From: Lachnospiraceae bacterium
Lineage (GTDB): Bacteria > Bacillota > Clostridia > Lachnospirales > Lachnospiraceae
Assembly: GCA_021770245.1 (NCBI GenBank)
Contig: JAETRI010000008.1
Span: 4,927-68,926, forward strand
Direction: 5' to 3'
Length of the DNA stretch: 64,000 bases
This document shows, in pieces, positions 9,201 to 16,543 of this stretch. Within the stretch, counting starts at the first letter, position 1. Each line of letters begins with the position of its first letter. The notes under the pieces were generated by a model. The model made no database searches. It saw only the letters and a list, made by a program, of their open reading frames with translations, and was not told the DNA's origin. The position numbers were made by a program, and so were the translations under genes.

Positions 9201-10044
9201 CCATCAGCGCCAGATCCATCAGGCAGACGAATTTATCCTCCCGTCCTTTGAAGATCTCTTCCCGCGTATCCAGATAACTCTGATAGGTCCCCTCGATGGG
9301 AGTCCGGTAATAGCCCTCGCCGAACTCCACGTGCTTTAGCTCCGTGGAAAAAGTGGTATGGCGGCAGTGGTCGGACCAGTAGGTATCCAGCACCCGTATC
9401 TCCGTCATGGACGGGTCGCGCCGCTCCTTTCCGGCGAAATAGTTCTGTATATGTTCAAAATCCCGAAGCGTCATGGCCAGCCCCAGGGAATCATACAGTT
9501 TCTTCAGCTCGTCCGGATCCATCCGGATCAATCCGTCCAGGATCTTCACATCCGCAGGATCCTCATATGCCGTTTCCAGCGTCTCCGGCTTCTCCAGGCC
9601 CGTTTCCCGGGAATCCACCGGATTGATGCAGTAGGCCTTGATCCGGTCGAACTCCTCGTCCGTCAGCGCTCCGGTGATCAGATAGGTCACCGCAGTGCGT
9701 ATGATGGGTTCCTCTTCCTCGTCCAGGAATTTCACGCACTGAACCGCGGAATCGGCCCTCTGGTCGAACTGGCCGGGGAGATATTCCACGCTGAAAACGC
9801 GCCCGTCCTCCGGGATCTCTATCTCCTCTGCATAAAGCACATCCACCGGCGGCTCCGAGAAGACCGTCCTGCAGGCCGCTTCAAACACTCCGTCGCTGAT
9901 GCGTTCCACATCGTAGCGGATAAAGATCCTCACGTCCTCTATCGTCTTTAAGTTCAGATAATTCTTCAGATCGCTCTTTAATTCCTTCGCTTTCCCGGCA
10001 AAGGGGGCCTTCTTTTCCACATAGATACGCCTTACGTTTCCCAT
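6232..10044 (-). CDS. purL: phosphoribosylformylglycinamidine synthase, single-chain (PurS-PurL-PurQ fused) form
   Basis: About 1270 aa with AIR-synthase-related repeats (NHPTEIEPFGGAATCLGGAIRD; GGKDSMSG) and a C-terminal GATase (GICNGFQAL). Trimmed to ATG 10044 (MGNVRRIYVEKK) behind RBS ggaggaaaa. Confidence 0.9.
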   Translation of the reverse strand: MGNVRRIYVEKKAPFAGKAKELKSDLKNYLNLKTIEDVRIFIRYDVERISDGVFEAACRTVFSEPPVDVLYAEEIEIPEDGRVFSVEYLPGQFDQRADSAVQCVKFLDEEEEPIIRTAVTYLITGALTDEEFDRIKAYCINPVDSRETGLEKPETLETAYEDPADVKILDGLIRMDPDELKKLYDSLGLAMTLRDFEHIQNYFAGKERRDPSMTEIRVLDTYWSDHCRHTTFSTELKHVEFGEGYYRTPIEGTYQSYLDTREEIFKGREDKFVCLMDLALMGMRKLKKEGKLADMEESDEINACSVIVPVEMDRGNGPETEEWLVFFKNETHNHPTEIEPFGGAATCLGGAIRDPLSGRGYVYQAMRVTGAADPTVPVADTLKGKLSQKKLVRGAADGYSSYGNQIGLATGYVKEIYHPDYVAKRMEIGAVMGAAPRKNVIRETSDPGDVVILLGGRTGRDGCGGATGSSKVHTEASIETCGAEVQKGNAPTERKIQRLFRRAEVSRLIKKCNDFGAGGVSVAIGELADGLRVDLDKVPKKYAGLDGTELAISESQERMAVVVSPENVERFLAYAKEENLEAVSVAVVMEEPRLVLSWRGKEIVNISRAFLDTNGAHQETDVYVDIPEEGSSYFDRYAVPAAGRALEAGELKKAWLALLSDLNVCSQKGLVEKFDSSIGAGSVLMPYGGKYQLTETQAMIAKLPVLDGKTDTVTMMSYGFDPYLSSWSPYHGAIYAVTESMARIVASGGDYRKIRFTFQEYFRRMTEDPSRWSQPFAALLGAFDAQVGYGLPSIGGKDSMSGTFNEIDVPPTLVSFAVDVAEAGDVITPELKKPGNRVIRFCIQRDDYDIPVYEEVCALYDKVRELERKGIIVSAYALDSKGVAAALSKMAFGNRLGVTLEEDIDVKELFENSLGDILAEVPADRLPEVDFAHERIGIVAQDPVFVCGKEKISLDEMLDAWKAPLEKVFPSVAAPEGGLSPEGMDFSGDRLYRAGQIHVCREKVARPRVFIPVFPGTNCEYDSARAFERAGAEVVTKVFRNLTAEDIRQSVEEFEKAIAQAQIIMFPGGFSAGDEPDGSAKFFATAFRNARIREAVTKLTEERDGLCLGICNGFQALIKLGLVPHGRIVDQTEDSPTLTFNTINRHISRMVYTKVVSDLSPWLAGAKLGETYCTPASHGEGRFVAGEEQLKALFENGQVATRYADPEGNVSMDGEWNVNGSYAAIEGITSPDGRILGKMAHVERRGESVAVNIYGEQDMKIFESGVAYFR

Positions 10045-10162
10045 CAACGCTTTTCCTCCATCCTTATACCGGCATCCTTCGTGCCGCCCTGCGTGATCCC
10101 TCCCGGACGTTCCGGGCCGTATGCTCATTCTTCATTATACAGGTTTCGACAGCTTTTTCAAC

Positions 10163-10747
10163 CTATTCCTCATACACCAGCCCCTGCAGGATGTACATGA
10201 ACTCCCTGTCCACCATGCTCTCCGAAAGGCCCATGGTCTGGGCACTCACCCGCAGGCCCTCCAGCACATAGGCCATGTTTCTGGCCGCTCCCTCCGGATC
10301 CGGGCAATAGAATTCCCCGCTCTCCACTCCGGCGGCAAGCAGTCCTGTGAGCATATCCACCGTTTCCGTAAAGCGGGTACACATGGGGTTTTCCCTTTTG
10401 GGCAGCTTGGCTTCAAAAAAGTATTCATAAGTCGCCACGGCCAGACAGTTTTTTCTTCGCAGGATCTCTCTCTTCTGCTCCCGCAGGAAAAACAGCAGCA
10501 TGTCCGCCGCCCCCGCATGATCCGGGAAGCCGTCCGGAAGCGGATCATACGTTTCCGTCATTTCCGTTTCCAACACCTCCCGAAACAACGCCGCGGTGCT
10601 GTCAAAATACAGATACAGCCCGCCTCTGCTGATCCCGCAGGCGTCCACAATATCCTTCATCGTCACGTTTTTGAATCCCTTCTCCACAAAGACCTGACGA
10701 GCCTGCTCCACGATAAACTGCTTTTTCTGAACTGATTTCTCCCCCAT
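10163..10747 (-). CDS. TetR/AcrR family transcriptional regulator
   Basis: N-terminal HTH FIVEQARQVFVEKGFKNVTMKDIVDACGISRGGLYLYF. 194 aa. RBS aaggag 7 nt upstream. Confidence 0.8.
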   Translation of the reverse strand: MGEKSVQKKQFIVEQARQVFVEKGFKNVTMKDIVDACGISRGGLYLYFDSTAALFREVLETEMTETYDPLPDGFPDHAGAADMLLFFLREQKREILRRKNCLAVATYEYFFEAKLPKRENPMCTRFTETVDMLTGLLAAGVESGEFYCPDPEGAARNMAYVLEGLRVSAQTMGLSESMVDREFMYILQGLVYEE

Positions 10748-10772
10748 ACCATGGCTCCTTCATTCCGGTTTC

Positions 10773-10798
10773 GGGCGGTACGGATATCCGTTCCGCCC
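10773..10798. promoter_or_regulatory. 26-bp near-perfect palindrome in the TetR leader (candidate operator or leader hairpin)
   Basis: gggcggtacggatatccgttccgccc; only one central-flank mismatch to its own reverse complement. Followed on the minus strand by gaaaccGGAATGAAGGAG and the ATG. Confidence 0.35.
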
Positions 10799-10844
10799 GT
10801 GCCTATTTATCTTATTATAAATACGGCCGGAAGTCAAATACGCC

Positions 10845-10930
10845 GTAACACAGGACAGACACAGGGCCGCAGCAGGGGTGCAGAGGCGTTCCTGTGTCTG
10901 TCCCGGCCATGCAGGCCTTCGGCCCGGGAG
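10845..10930. repeat. family B palindromic repeat (copy B2)
   Basis: gtaacacaggacagacacagggccgcagcaggggtgcagaggcgttcctgtgtctgtcccgg. The arms ggacagacacagg / cctgtgtctgtcc pair. The block ccgcag(c)aggggtgcag..gttcctg.gt.tg.cc matches B1. Confidence 0.65.
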
Positions 10931-10961
10931 GAAGCCCAAAACAACGGCAGGCTTTAGGGTA

Positions 10962-12290
10962 TTAATATCCGTATCTTTTGCTGCAGCGCCGCAGCAGCCA
11001 CAGCGAAACGAAAAACAGGATCCCTTCCGCCGCCGGTACCGCCAGCCATACGCCGGCGATTCCCCAGATCCGCGGCAGCAGAAGGATGCCGCCGGCCAGC
11101 AGGCCGAAGGAACGCAAAAAGGAGAGCGCTGCGGATATTTTCCCGTTCGACAGGGCCGTAAACATGGCGGAAGCAAAGATATTCAGGCCACAGAACAAAA
11201 AGCTGCAGGTAAAGACCGGGAAGCCGTCCGCCGCAATCCGGCAGACTTCGGAGGTGCCGGGTGCAAACAGCCGGACGATATAGGGGCCTCCCCGCCAGGC
11301 GCCTGCGAAGATCAGCAAAGAGGACGCGGCGATAAAGCCGATGCAGATCCGGAACACCTTTTTTAACCGACCGCGGTTTCGGCTCCCGTGGGCAAAGCCG
11401 ATCACCGGCGCAACACCCATGGAAAAGCCGATGTAGAGGGTATTCAGAAGAAACTGCGAGTAAATCATAATCGTAACGGCCGCGACGCCGTTTTCTCCCA
11501 GCAGGTCCATCATTGCAGCGTTGAATAAAAAAGTCGTGACGGCCGATGCCAACTGGCTCACCATTTCCGACGAGCCGTTCAGGCAGCTTTCCTTCAGCAC
11601 CTCCCATTTCCATTTGGGCCCTGTAAAGGAAAGGCCCCCCTTATTCCGGATAAAAAAGACGGTTCCGGCGATCGCAGGGATAAGGGATCCGCAGCCTGTT
11701 CCCAGCGCCGCGCCGCGGATGCCGAGGCCGCATGGGCCGATAAACACATAATCCAGGACCAGATTCATAAGACCTGCCAGAACGGACAAGCCGAAGCCCA
11801 TCCCGGGTTTTCCCGCGGTCACAAACAAATTGGAATACACGGTTTGTATCATATTGGCGGGAAGAAAGAAAAACAGCGTCTCCAAATATTCTTTGCAGTA
11901 GGGGAAGAGCCGTTCGCTCGCTCCGAGCCCGTATACCAGTTCGTCCGTCCATACGGCCCCCGCTCCAAAAAGGAGCAGCCCTATCCCTCCGGCCGCCAGG
12001 ACGAGCAGCGTGAAATCTTCTTTTGCTTCCCGGTTCTTCCCGGCTCCCATCTTTCCGGAGATCAGCGCATTTCCTCCGGCGGCGATCATTGTCCCGAGCC
12101 CCACGGTGACGTTGATCACCGGGCATGCGATATTAATGGCGGAAAGCGCGTCGGTATTGATCAATCGGGCCGCGAACACAGTATCTGCAACGGTATACAG
12201 TCCCATAAATATCATCATAATGATCGTCGGAAAGGCAAAGCGCAGAAGCGACGGTGCGTCCCAGTCTTGATCCAGGATATTTTTATGCAT
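10962..12290 (-). CDS. MATE family efflux transporter
   Basis: 12-TM-like hydrophobic profile and a typical MATE N-terminus (LLRFAFPTIIMMIFMGLYTVADTVFAARL). Trimmed to ATG 12290 (MHKNILDQ) behind RBS ggaggg. Confidence 0.85.
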   Translation of the reverse strand: MHKNILDQDWDAPSLLRFAFPTIIMMIFMGLYTVADTVFAARLINTDALSAINIACPVINVTVGLGTMIAAGGNALISGKMGAGKNREAKEDFTLLVLAAGGIGLLLFGAGAVWTDELVYGLGASERLFPYCKEYLETLFFFLPANMIQTVYSNLFVTAGKPGMGFGLSVLAGLMNLVLDYVFIGPCGLGIRGAALGTGCGSLIPAIAGTVFFIRNKGGLSFTGPKWKWEVLKESCLNGSSEMVSQLASAVTTFLFNAAMMDLLGENGVAAVTIMIYSQFLLNTLYIGFSMGVAPVIGFAHGSRNRGRLKKVFRICIGFIAASSLLIFAGAWRGGPYIVRLFAPGTSEVCRIAADGFPVFTCSFLFCGLNIFASAMFTALSNGKISAALSFLRSFGLLAGGILLLPRIWGIAGVWLAVPAAEGILFFVSLWLLRRCSKRYGY

Positions 12291-13158
12291 CACACCCTCC
12301 GTTCTGCCGCCTGCGGGCATCACTGAAATCGGAGGGCTCTAAGATCATCCGCTGGACGGGATAGCCGAACTCCGTCAGCAGCTCCGCTTCCGTAAATCCG
12401 AGCCGCCGGTATGCCGCGCGCTGTCCCGTATCGGCCCTGTCATTCTCCCGGAATGTGGTGATACTGATTTCCCGATCCGCAACGATTTCGTATCGGATGA
12501 AATCCAGAAACGCTTTTTCTATTCCGTATCGCCGGTACTGCGGATGCACTCCCAGGAAACCGATCCTTCCCGTCCGGCGGGAGAAAGCGGTCCCGCCGAC
12601 CACAATCCCTTTATCCCGCATGAGTAATACCTGTCCTAACCCGATATCATATTTGAGGCGCTCCGCATGCTTTCCGGCATCAAAACAGGGGAACCCGTCG
12701 ATCACCAGAGGGACAAATTCCATCCATGCCTGCATATCCGCATACCCGGCATAGGCAATACGCGTATCCGGCTCATCGAAGGCAGACGGATCGCCGTTTA
12801 AGGTAAATGCCAGCTGCAGCGGATAGAATTCCCCGTTTCCCCGGTATTCCAGGGGCGTCCGTTTATACATGTCTTTGAAAATACCCGTAAAAGCCTGCTG
12901 GCTCTCATATCCCGCGTCCTGCGCAATTTCCAGGATCGGTTTTCGTGAAAACACCAGCGCCGCTGCCGCTTCGCTCAGCGCTCTCCGGCGGATATAATCA
13001 TGCAGGGTCATCCCGACCGTATCCGTAAACGTACGATGCAGGTGATATTTGGAATAATGCACCCCGCATGCTACCTTCTCCAGATCCGGTTTTTCTCTCA
13101 GATGGGTTTCCACATACGCAAGCGCCGCATTGATGCTCTCAATTGCACGATGTCCCAT
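12283..13158 (-). CDS. AraC-type HTH domain fused to a GNAT acetyltransferase domain
   Basis: N-terminus has the AraC HTH signature (YSKYHLHRTFTDTVGMTLHDYIRRRAL...IAQDAGYESQQAFTGIFKDMYKRTPLEYR). C-terminus is GNAT-like (IGFLGVHPQYRRYGIEKAFL...AAYRRLGF). The stop overlaps the MATE start by 8 nt. Confidence 0.7.
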   Translation of the reverse strand: MGHRAIESINAALAYVETHLREKPDLEKVACGVHYSKYHLHRTFTDTVGMTLHDYIRRRALSEAAAALVFSRKPILEIAQDAGYESQQAFTGIFKDMYKRTPLEYRGNGEFYPLQLAFTLNGDPSAFDEPDTRIAYAGYADMQAWMEFVPLVIDGFPCFDAGKHAERLKYDIGLGQVLLMRDKGIVVGGTAFSRRTGRIGFLGVHPQYRRYGIEKAFLDFIRYEIVADREISITTFRENDRADTGQRAAYRRLGFTEAELLTEFGYPVQRMILEPSDFSDARRRQNGGCDA

Positions 13159-13233
13159 TTCGGCCCTCCCTTTTATATTCTCTGTGACAAATACACTATA
13201 CTCGAAACCGGCTCCTCAAAAAACCGGACAGCC

Positions 13234-13319
13234 GGGGCAAACGAATGAACGATCCTGCGGCCCTGCCCGGCGCCTCCGGCACGTGGCAGGGCCGCAGGAT
13301 CGTTCATTCGTTTGTCCTG
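13234..13319. repeat. family B repeat forming a 30-bp perfect inverted repeat (copy B3)
   Basis: caaacgaatgaacgatcctgcggccctgcc (13238-13267) pairs exactly with ggcagggccgcaggatcgttcattcgtttg (13286-13315) around an 18-nt loop. Lies in the divergent AraC-GNAT / VanZ region. Confidence 0.85.
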
Positions 13320-13389
13320 ACAGGATAGCATATTTCTGAAAATATATTTTCATCATTCTTGCGCTTTTTCGGAATGAAAAACAGAATAT

Positions 13390-13418
13390 TTGTAAATGAA
13401 TCCAAGCTGTGATATGAT
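13390..13418 (+). promoter_or_regulatory. sigma-A type promoter of the VanZ gene
   Basis: TTGTAA-17 nt-TATGAT with extended -10 (TGaTATGAT). Leaves a leader of about 140 nt. Confidence 0.5.
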
Positions 13419-13565
13419 GAACAGGCACCTGCCGGTCCCATTGAGAAACGTGGGAACAAGGTTGAAAACCTCACTGATTTGGAGGCGCGCTAAAGCGCGC
13501 AAATGGAAACAAAGATAAATTCCCTGAATGAAAGGCCGCCTGGCGGCGGCAGAATGGGAGGAAGT

Positions 13566-14108
13566 ATGAAGGATTACAAACCCGCCGTGATAAAGATGAT
13601 ACGATTCTGTATAAAGCCGCTTTCTTTCCTGCCCGCAATCTTCATGATGTGCCTCATCTTCGGCTTTTCCGCCCAGGATGCCCAGGCCTCCGGGCAGCTC
13701 AGCAATCAGGTCACCGTAAAGCTGGTGGAAGCCTGCGAATCCGTTTTCGCCAGGGGGTGGAGCGACCTTGAGATTACCCAATATGCCCTCATGCTGGAGC
13801 ATGCAATCCGGAAGGCCGCCCATATGGCGGAATATTTTATTCTGGCAGTCACGGTCGCCCTCCCTCTCTACGGCTGCCGCCTGAGGGGATGGCGTCCGGC
13901 GCTCGCGGCCGCCGTCTTCTGTACCGCCTTTGCCTGCCTGGACGAATATCATCAGTCTTTTGTACCCGGCCGTTTTCCCTCCCTGCGGGATGTGTGCATT
14001 GATGCCGCAGGCAGCCTGGCCGGTGTCTGCGCCGCGAACCTTCTGCGCATGCTGGGGGAGAGAGTATTTTCCCGCGCTCTCTCCCGCAGGGTTTCCCGAA
14101 CCGGATAA
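13566..14108 (+). CDS. VanZ family membrane protein
   Basis: RKAAHMAEYFILAVT...FACLDEYHQSFVPGRFPSLRDVCIDAAGSLAGV is the VanZ signature. Trimmed to ATG 13566 behind RBS gggagga. Confidence 0.75.
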   Translation: MKDYKPAVIKMIRFCIKPLSFLPAIFMMCLIFGFSAQDAQASGQLSNQVTVKLVEACESVFARGWSDLEITQYALMLEHAIRKAAHMAEYFILAVTVALPLYGCRLRGWRPALAAAVFCTAFACLDEYHQSFVPGRFPSLRDVCIDAAGSLAGVCAANLLRMLGERVFSRALSRRVSRTG

Positions 14109-14115
14109 CCGCCTT

Positions 14116-16146
14116 CTATGCCCTTCTCAAAACCAGGCATTCATAGGGCTTGAGGGTCACGCTGCCTTCCAGCGCCGTTCCCTCCGGCACCGCCGCTGCC
14201 GCAAAGGGAAGCTCCACCCGCATTTCCTCCCTGTTGAAATTCTGCAGAAACCAAAGAGCCTCTTCCCCTTCTCTCTTGGAAACAGCCACTCCGTAGGGTA
14301 GTTTTCCCGTGAATTCGCCGGCAATGCCCAGCTCCCGGATCAGTTTAGCGTAGAAAGCAGAAAGGAAGCCGTCTTCCGTCTCACAGGCAACATAATAGGC
14401 CTTGCCTTCCCCGTACTGCCTGCGGGTCACAGCCGGAACCCCTTTGTAATAGTCCTCCCCATATGCGGCGAGCACTTCCACCTCCGCCACCGGATTGGAG
14501 ATCTCGCGCAGACAGCCTGCGGCCCATTTTCTGCCGTCAAAGGTTAAGCTGTTTTGCTGATAGCAGGATGCGGCGTCCACTTCCTCCGGGCGGATCCCCA
14601 GGACTTCTTCCAGGGGATGTTCTCCGATGAAGCACAGATCCGTTTCGTTCACCACCCCGCTAAAGCAGGTAGCCACATAGGTGCCGCCCCGCTTCACATA
14701 GTCCTTTACCCGCTGCGCATAGCCGTCCTTATACAGATAGGCCATGGGCGCCGCCACCAGCGCATAGCCGTCCATGGTATCGTCCTCACTGACGAAGTCC
14801 ACTTCCATCCCCAGCTCCCAGAAGGCCTTGAAATGGGCCAGAACCGTATCCAAATAGGCCATATCCCGCCTCGGCCCCTGGATATCCTCCACAGCCCACC
14901 AGTTTTCCCAGTCAAACAGGATCGCCGCCTTCGGCTCATTGCAGGTTGAAACGATGCTGTCGGAAAGGCGCTCCATCCTTTCTCCCAGCGCCGAAACTTC
15001 GCGGAACACCCGCGTGTTTGCTCCATTCTTATGATCCACGACCGCACCGTGAAATTTTTCCGAGCTTCCCCTTCCCTTTCTCCACTGGAAATACTGCACA
15101 CTGTTGGAACCGCAGGCAATGGCCTGCATGGAAGAAAGCTCATGCAGACCGGGCCGCTTCTGGGTATTCAGCGGTTTCCAGTTCACGATGGAGGGCGTGC
15201 TTTCCATCAGGAGAAAAGGCGCCTTTTTCAGGCTGCGCATCAACGTATGCCAGGCCGCCGTATGCATGGCCACCTGTGTCTCGTCCGCCTGGCTGTGCCA
15301 TTCCGGATAGGAATCCCAGGAAATGATGTCCAGCTGGGGAGCGAAGCGGAAATAATCGTAGGGCTTGAAATCCAGCATCATGTTAATGGTCACCGGGATA
15401 TCGCTGTATTCCCGCACGGCCTTGATCTCCTCCATACAGAAATCCTGCATCTGATGGCTGGCAAACCGCTTCCAATCCAGCGTCAGGCCATGGGTGCTGT
15501 TTTCCCCGTTTTCCATCGGACTGTGGATCTGCGACCAATCCGTATAGGTATGACTCCAGAAGGAGGTCCACCACGCATGGTTCAGAGCATCCAGCGTTTT
15601 GTATTTTTCCTTCAGCCACTCCCGGAACGCCTCCTGGCACAGCGGGCAATAGCAGGCGCCCTCTCCCCTGTTCCCTCCGTATTCGTTGGAAAGGTGCCAC
15701 AGGATCACGCCGGGATGCTTCCCGAATCGGGAGGAAAGCTTTTGGTTGATCGTCCTCATCTTCTGACGCATCACCGGGGATGTGGTGCAGAAATTGTGCC
15801 GTTCTCCCGGAAGGTTACGCACCCCGTTGGAGAGCACCTGCCTTACCTCTTCGTATTTGGCGCTCATCCAATGGGGCACGGCGCCGGTGGGCGTGGCCAG
15901 GATCGTATAAACCCCGTTTTCATAAAGCCTGTCAATGATCTCTCCGAGCCAATCCAGCCTGAATTCCCCCTCCGACGGTTCCAGCTTCGTCCAGGAAAAA
16001 ATCCCCAGGGAGACACAGTTCACGTGTGCCTGCTTCATCAGACGGATATCCTCCTCCAGAATCTCCGGGTAATCCAGCCACTGATCCGGATTGTAGTCCC
16101 CGCCGTGCAATAGCTTCGGGTACTTGGCAATCACATTCTTCCTCAT
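14116..16146 (-). CDS. beta-galactosidase, glycoside hydrolase family 42
   Basis: 676 aa. KLLHGGDYNPDQWLDYPEILEEDIRLMKQAHVNCVSLGIFSWTKLEPSEGEF, WHLSNEYGG, and a GH42 trimerisation/C-terminal domain layout. Confidence 0.9.
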   Translation of the reverse strand: MRKNVIAKYPKLLHGGDYNPDQWLDYPEILEEDIRLMKQAHVNCVSLGIFSWTKLEPSEGEFRLDWLGEIIDRLYENGVYTILATPTGAVPHWMSAKYEEVRQVLSNGVRNLPGERHNFCTTSPVMRQKMRTINQKLSSRFGKHPGVILWHLSNEYGGNRGEGACYCPLCQEAFREWLKEKYKTLDALNHAWWTSFWSHTYTDWSQIHSPMENGENSTHGLTLDWKRFASHQMQDFCMEEIKAVREYSDIPVTINMMLDFKPYDYFRFAPQLDIISWDSYPEWHSQADETQVAMHTAAWHTLMRSLKKAPFLLMESTPSIVNWKPLNTQKRPGLHELSSMQAIACGSNSVQYFQWRKGRGSSEKFHGAVVDHKNGANTRVFREVSALGERMERLSDSIVSTCNEPKAAILFDWENWWAVEDIQGPRRDMAYLDTVLAHFKAFWELGMEVDFVSEDDTMDGYALVAAPMAYLYKDGYAQRVKDYVKRGGTYVATCFSGVVNETDLCFIGEHPLEEVLGIRPEEVDAASCYQQNSLTFDGRKWAAGCLREISNPVAEVEVLAAYGEDYYKGVPAVTRRQYGEGKAYYVACETEDGFLSAFYAKLIRELGIAGEFTGKLPYGVAVSKREGEEALWFLQNFNREEMRVELPFAAAAVPEGTALEGSVTLKPYECLVLRRA

Positions 16147-16224
16147 AAGTTCCCTCTCTTTCTGCCGCTTCTGGCGGCGTGCCCGTTTATCGGGCCCTCC
16201 GGCTTTTTTGTTCCGACACTCCGC

Positions 16225-16268
16225 TAAAAAAGCCCGAAAGAACCGTTTATCACGGTTATTTCAGGCTT
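16225..16268 (-). terminator. rho-independent terminator after tRNA-Trp
   Basis: Minus strand: GCCUGAAAUAACCGUGAUAAACGGUUCUUUCGGGC followed by UUUUUU. Confidence 0.6.
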
Positions 16269-16275
16269 TTCGTTA

Positions 16276-16346
16276 CAGGAGCAGTAGGAATCGAACCCAC
16301 ATCGATGGTTTTGGAGACCACTGTTCTACCTTTGAACTATGCTCCT
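16276..16346 (-). tRNA. trnW: tRNA-Trp (anticodon CCA)
   Basis: Reverse complement: AGGAGCA TA GTTC AAAGGTA GAAC A GTGGT CTCCAAA ACCAT CGAT GTGGG TTCGATT CCTAC TGCTCCT G. It has a 7-bp acceptor stem, D/anticodon/T arms and a TTCGA T-loop. CCA is not encoded. Confidence 0.9.
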
Positions 16347-16374
16347 ACGGGCTCTTACCGAACCGACGAATCCT

Positions 16375-16404
16375 ATTATAGCACAGAGGACAGACAAAAA
16401 GCAA
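16375..16404 (-). promoter_or_regulatory. candidate promoter of tRNA-Trp
   Basis: Minus strand has TGcTATAAT (perfect extended -10) about 29 nt upstream of the tRNA 5' end. The -35 is weak (TTGCTT at 18 nt). Confidence 0.4.
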
Positions 16405-16436
16405 CCCCTTTTTACAATCATTTCACGACAATCATT

Positions 16437-16535
16437 TCACGACAAACGCGTACATGGCCCTGCAGCCCTTGTGCAACCCCGCAGGAACCCGGACGCCGGG
16501 GTGTCCGAACCGTTACGCGTTTTAACGTAACCGCA
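16437..16535. repeat. family B repeat (copy B10)
   Basis: gacaaacgcgtacatggccctgcagcccttgtgcaaccccgcaggaacccggacgccggggtgtcc. Same cores as the other copies (gacaaacgc; ccccgcagg..cccggacgc). Confidence 0.55.
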
Positions 16536-16543
16536 TGATACCC

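Noticed and set aside
10045-10162. Purine riboswitch upstream of purL.
   Set aside because: The 118-nt spacer does not contain the conserved purine-aptamer loops (UAUAAU...UUUCUACC...GACUAU pattern). It holds only a GC hairpin and an SD.
13130-13428. ORFs 13130-13339+ and 13216-13428- both containing ...QTNERSCGPA...
   Set aside because: They are mirror translations of the perfect 30-bp inverted repeat (copy B3), not genes.
16414-16441. 2 x 14-bp direct repeat acaatcatttcacg upstream of the tRNA-Trp promoter.
   Set aside because: It is real but tiny, with no recognisable binding-site family. It is probably a local slippage duplication next to repeat B10.
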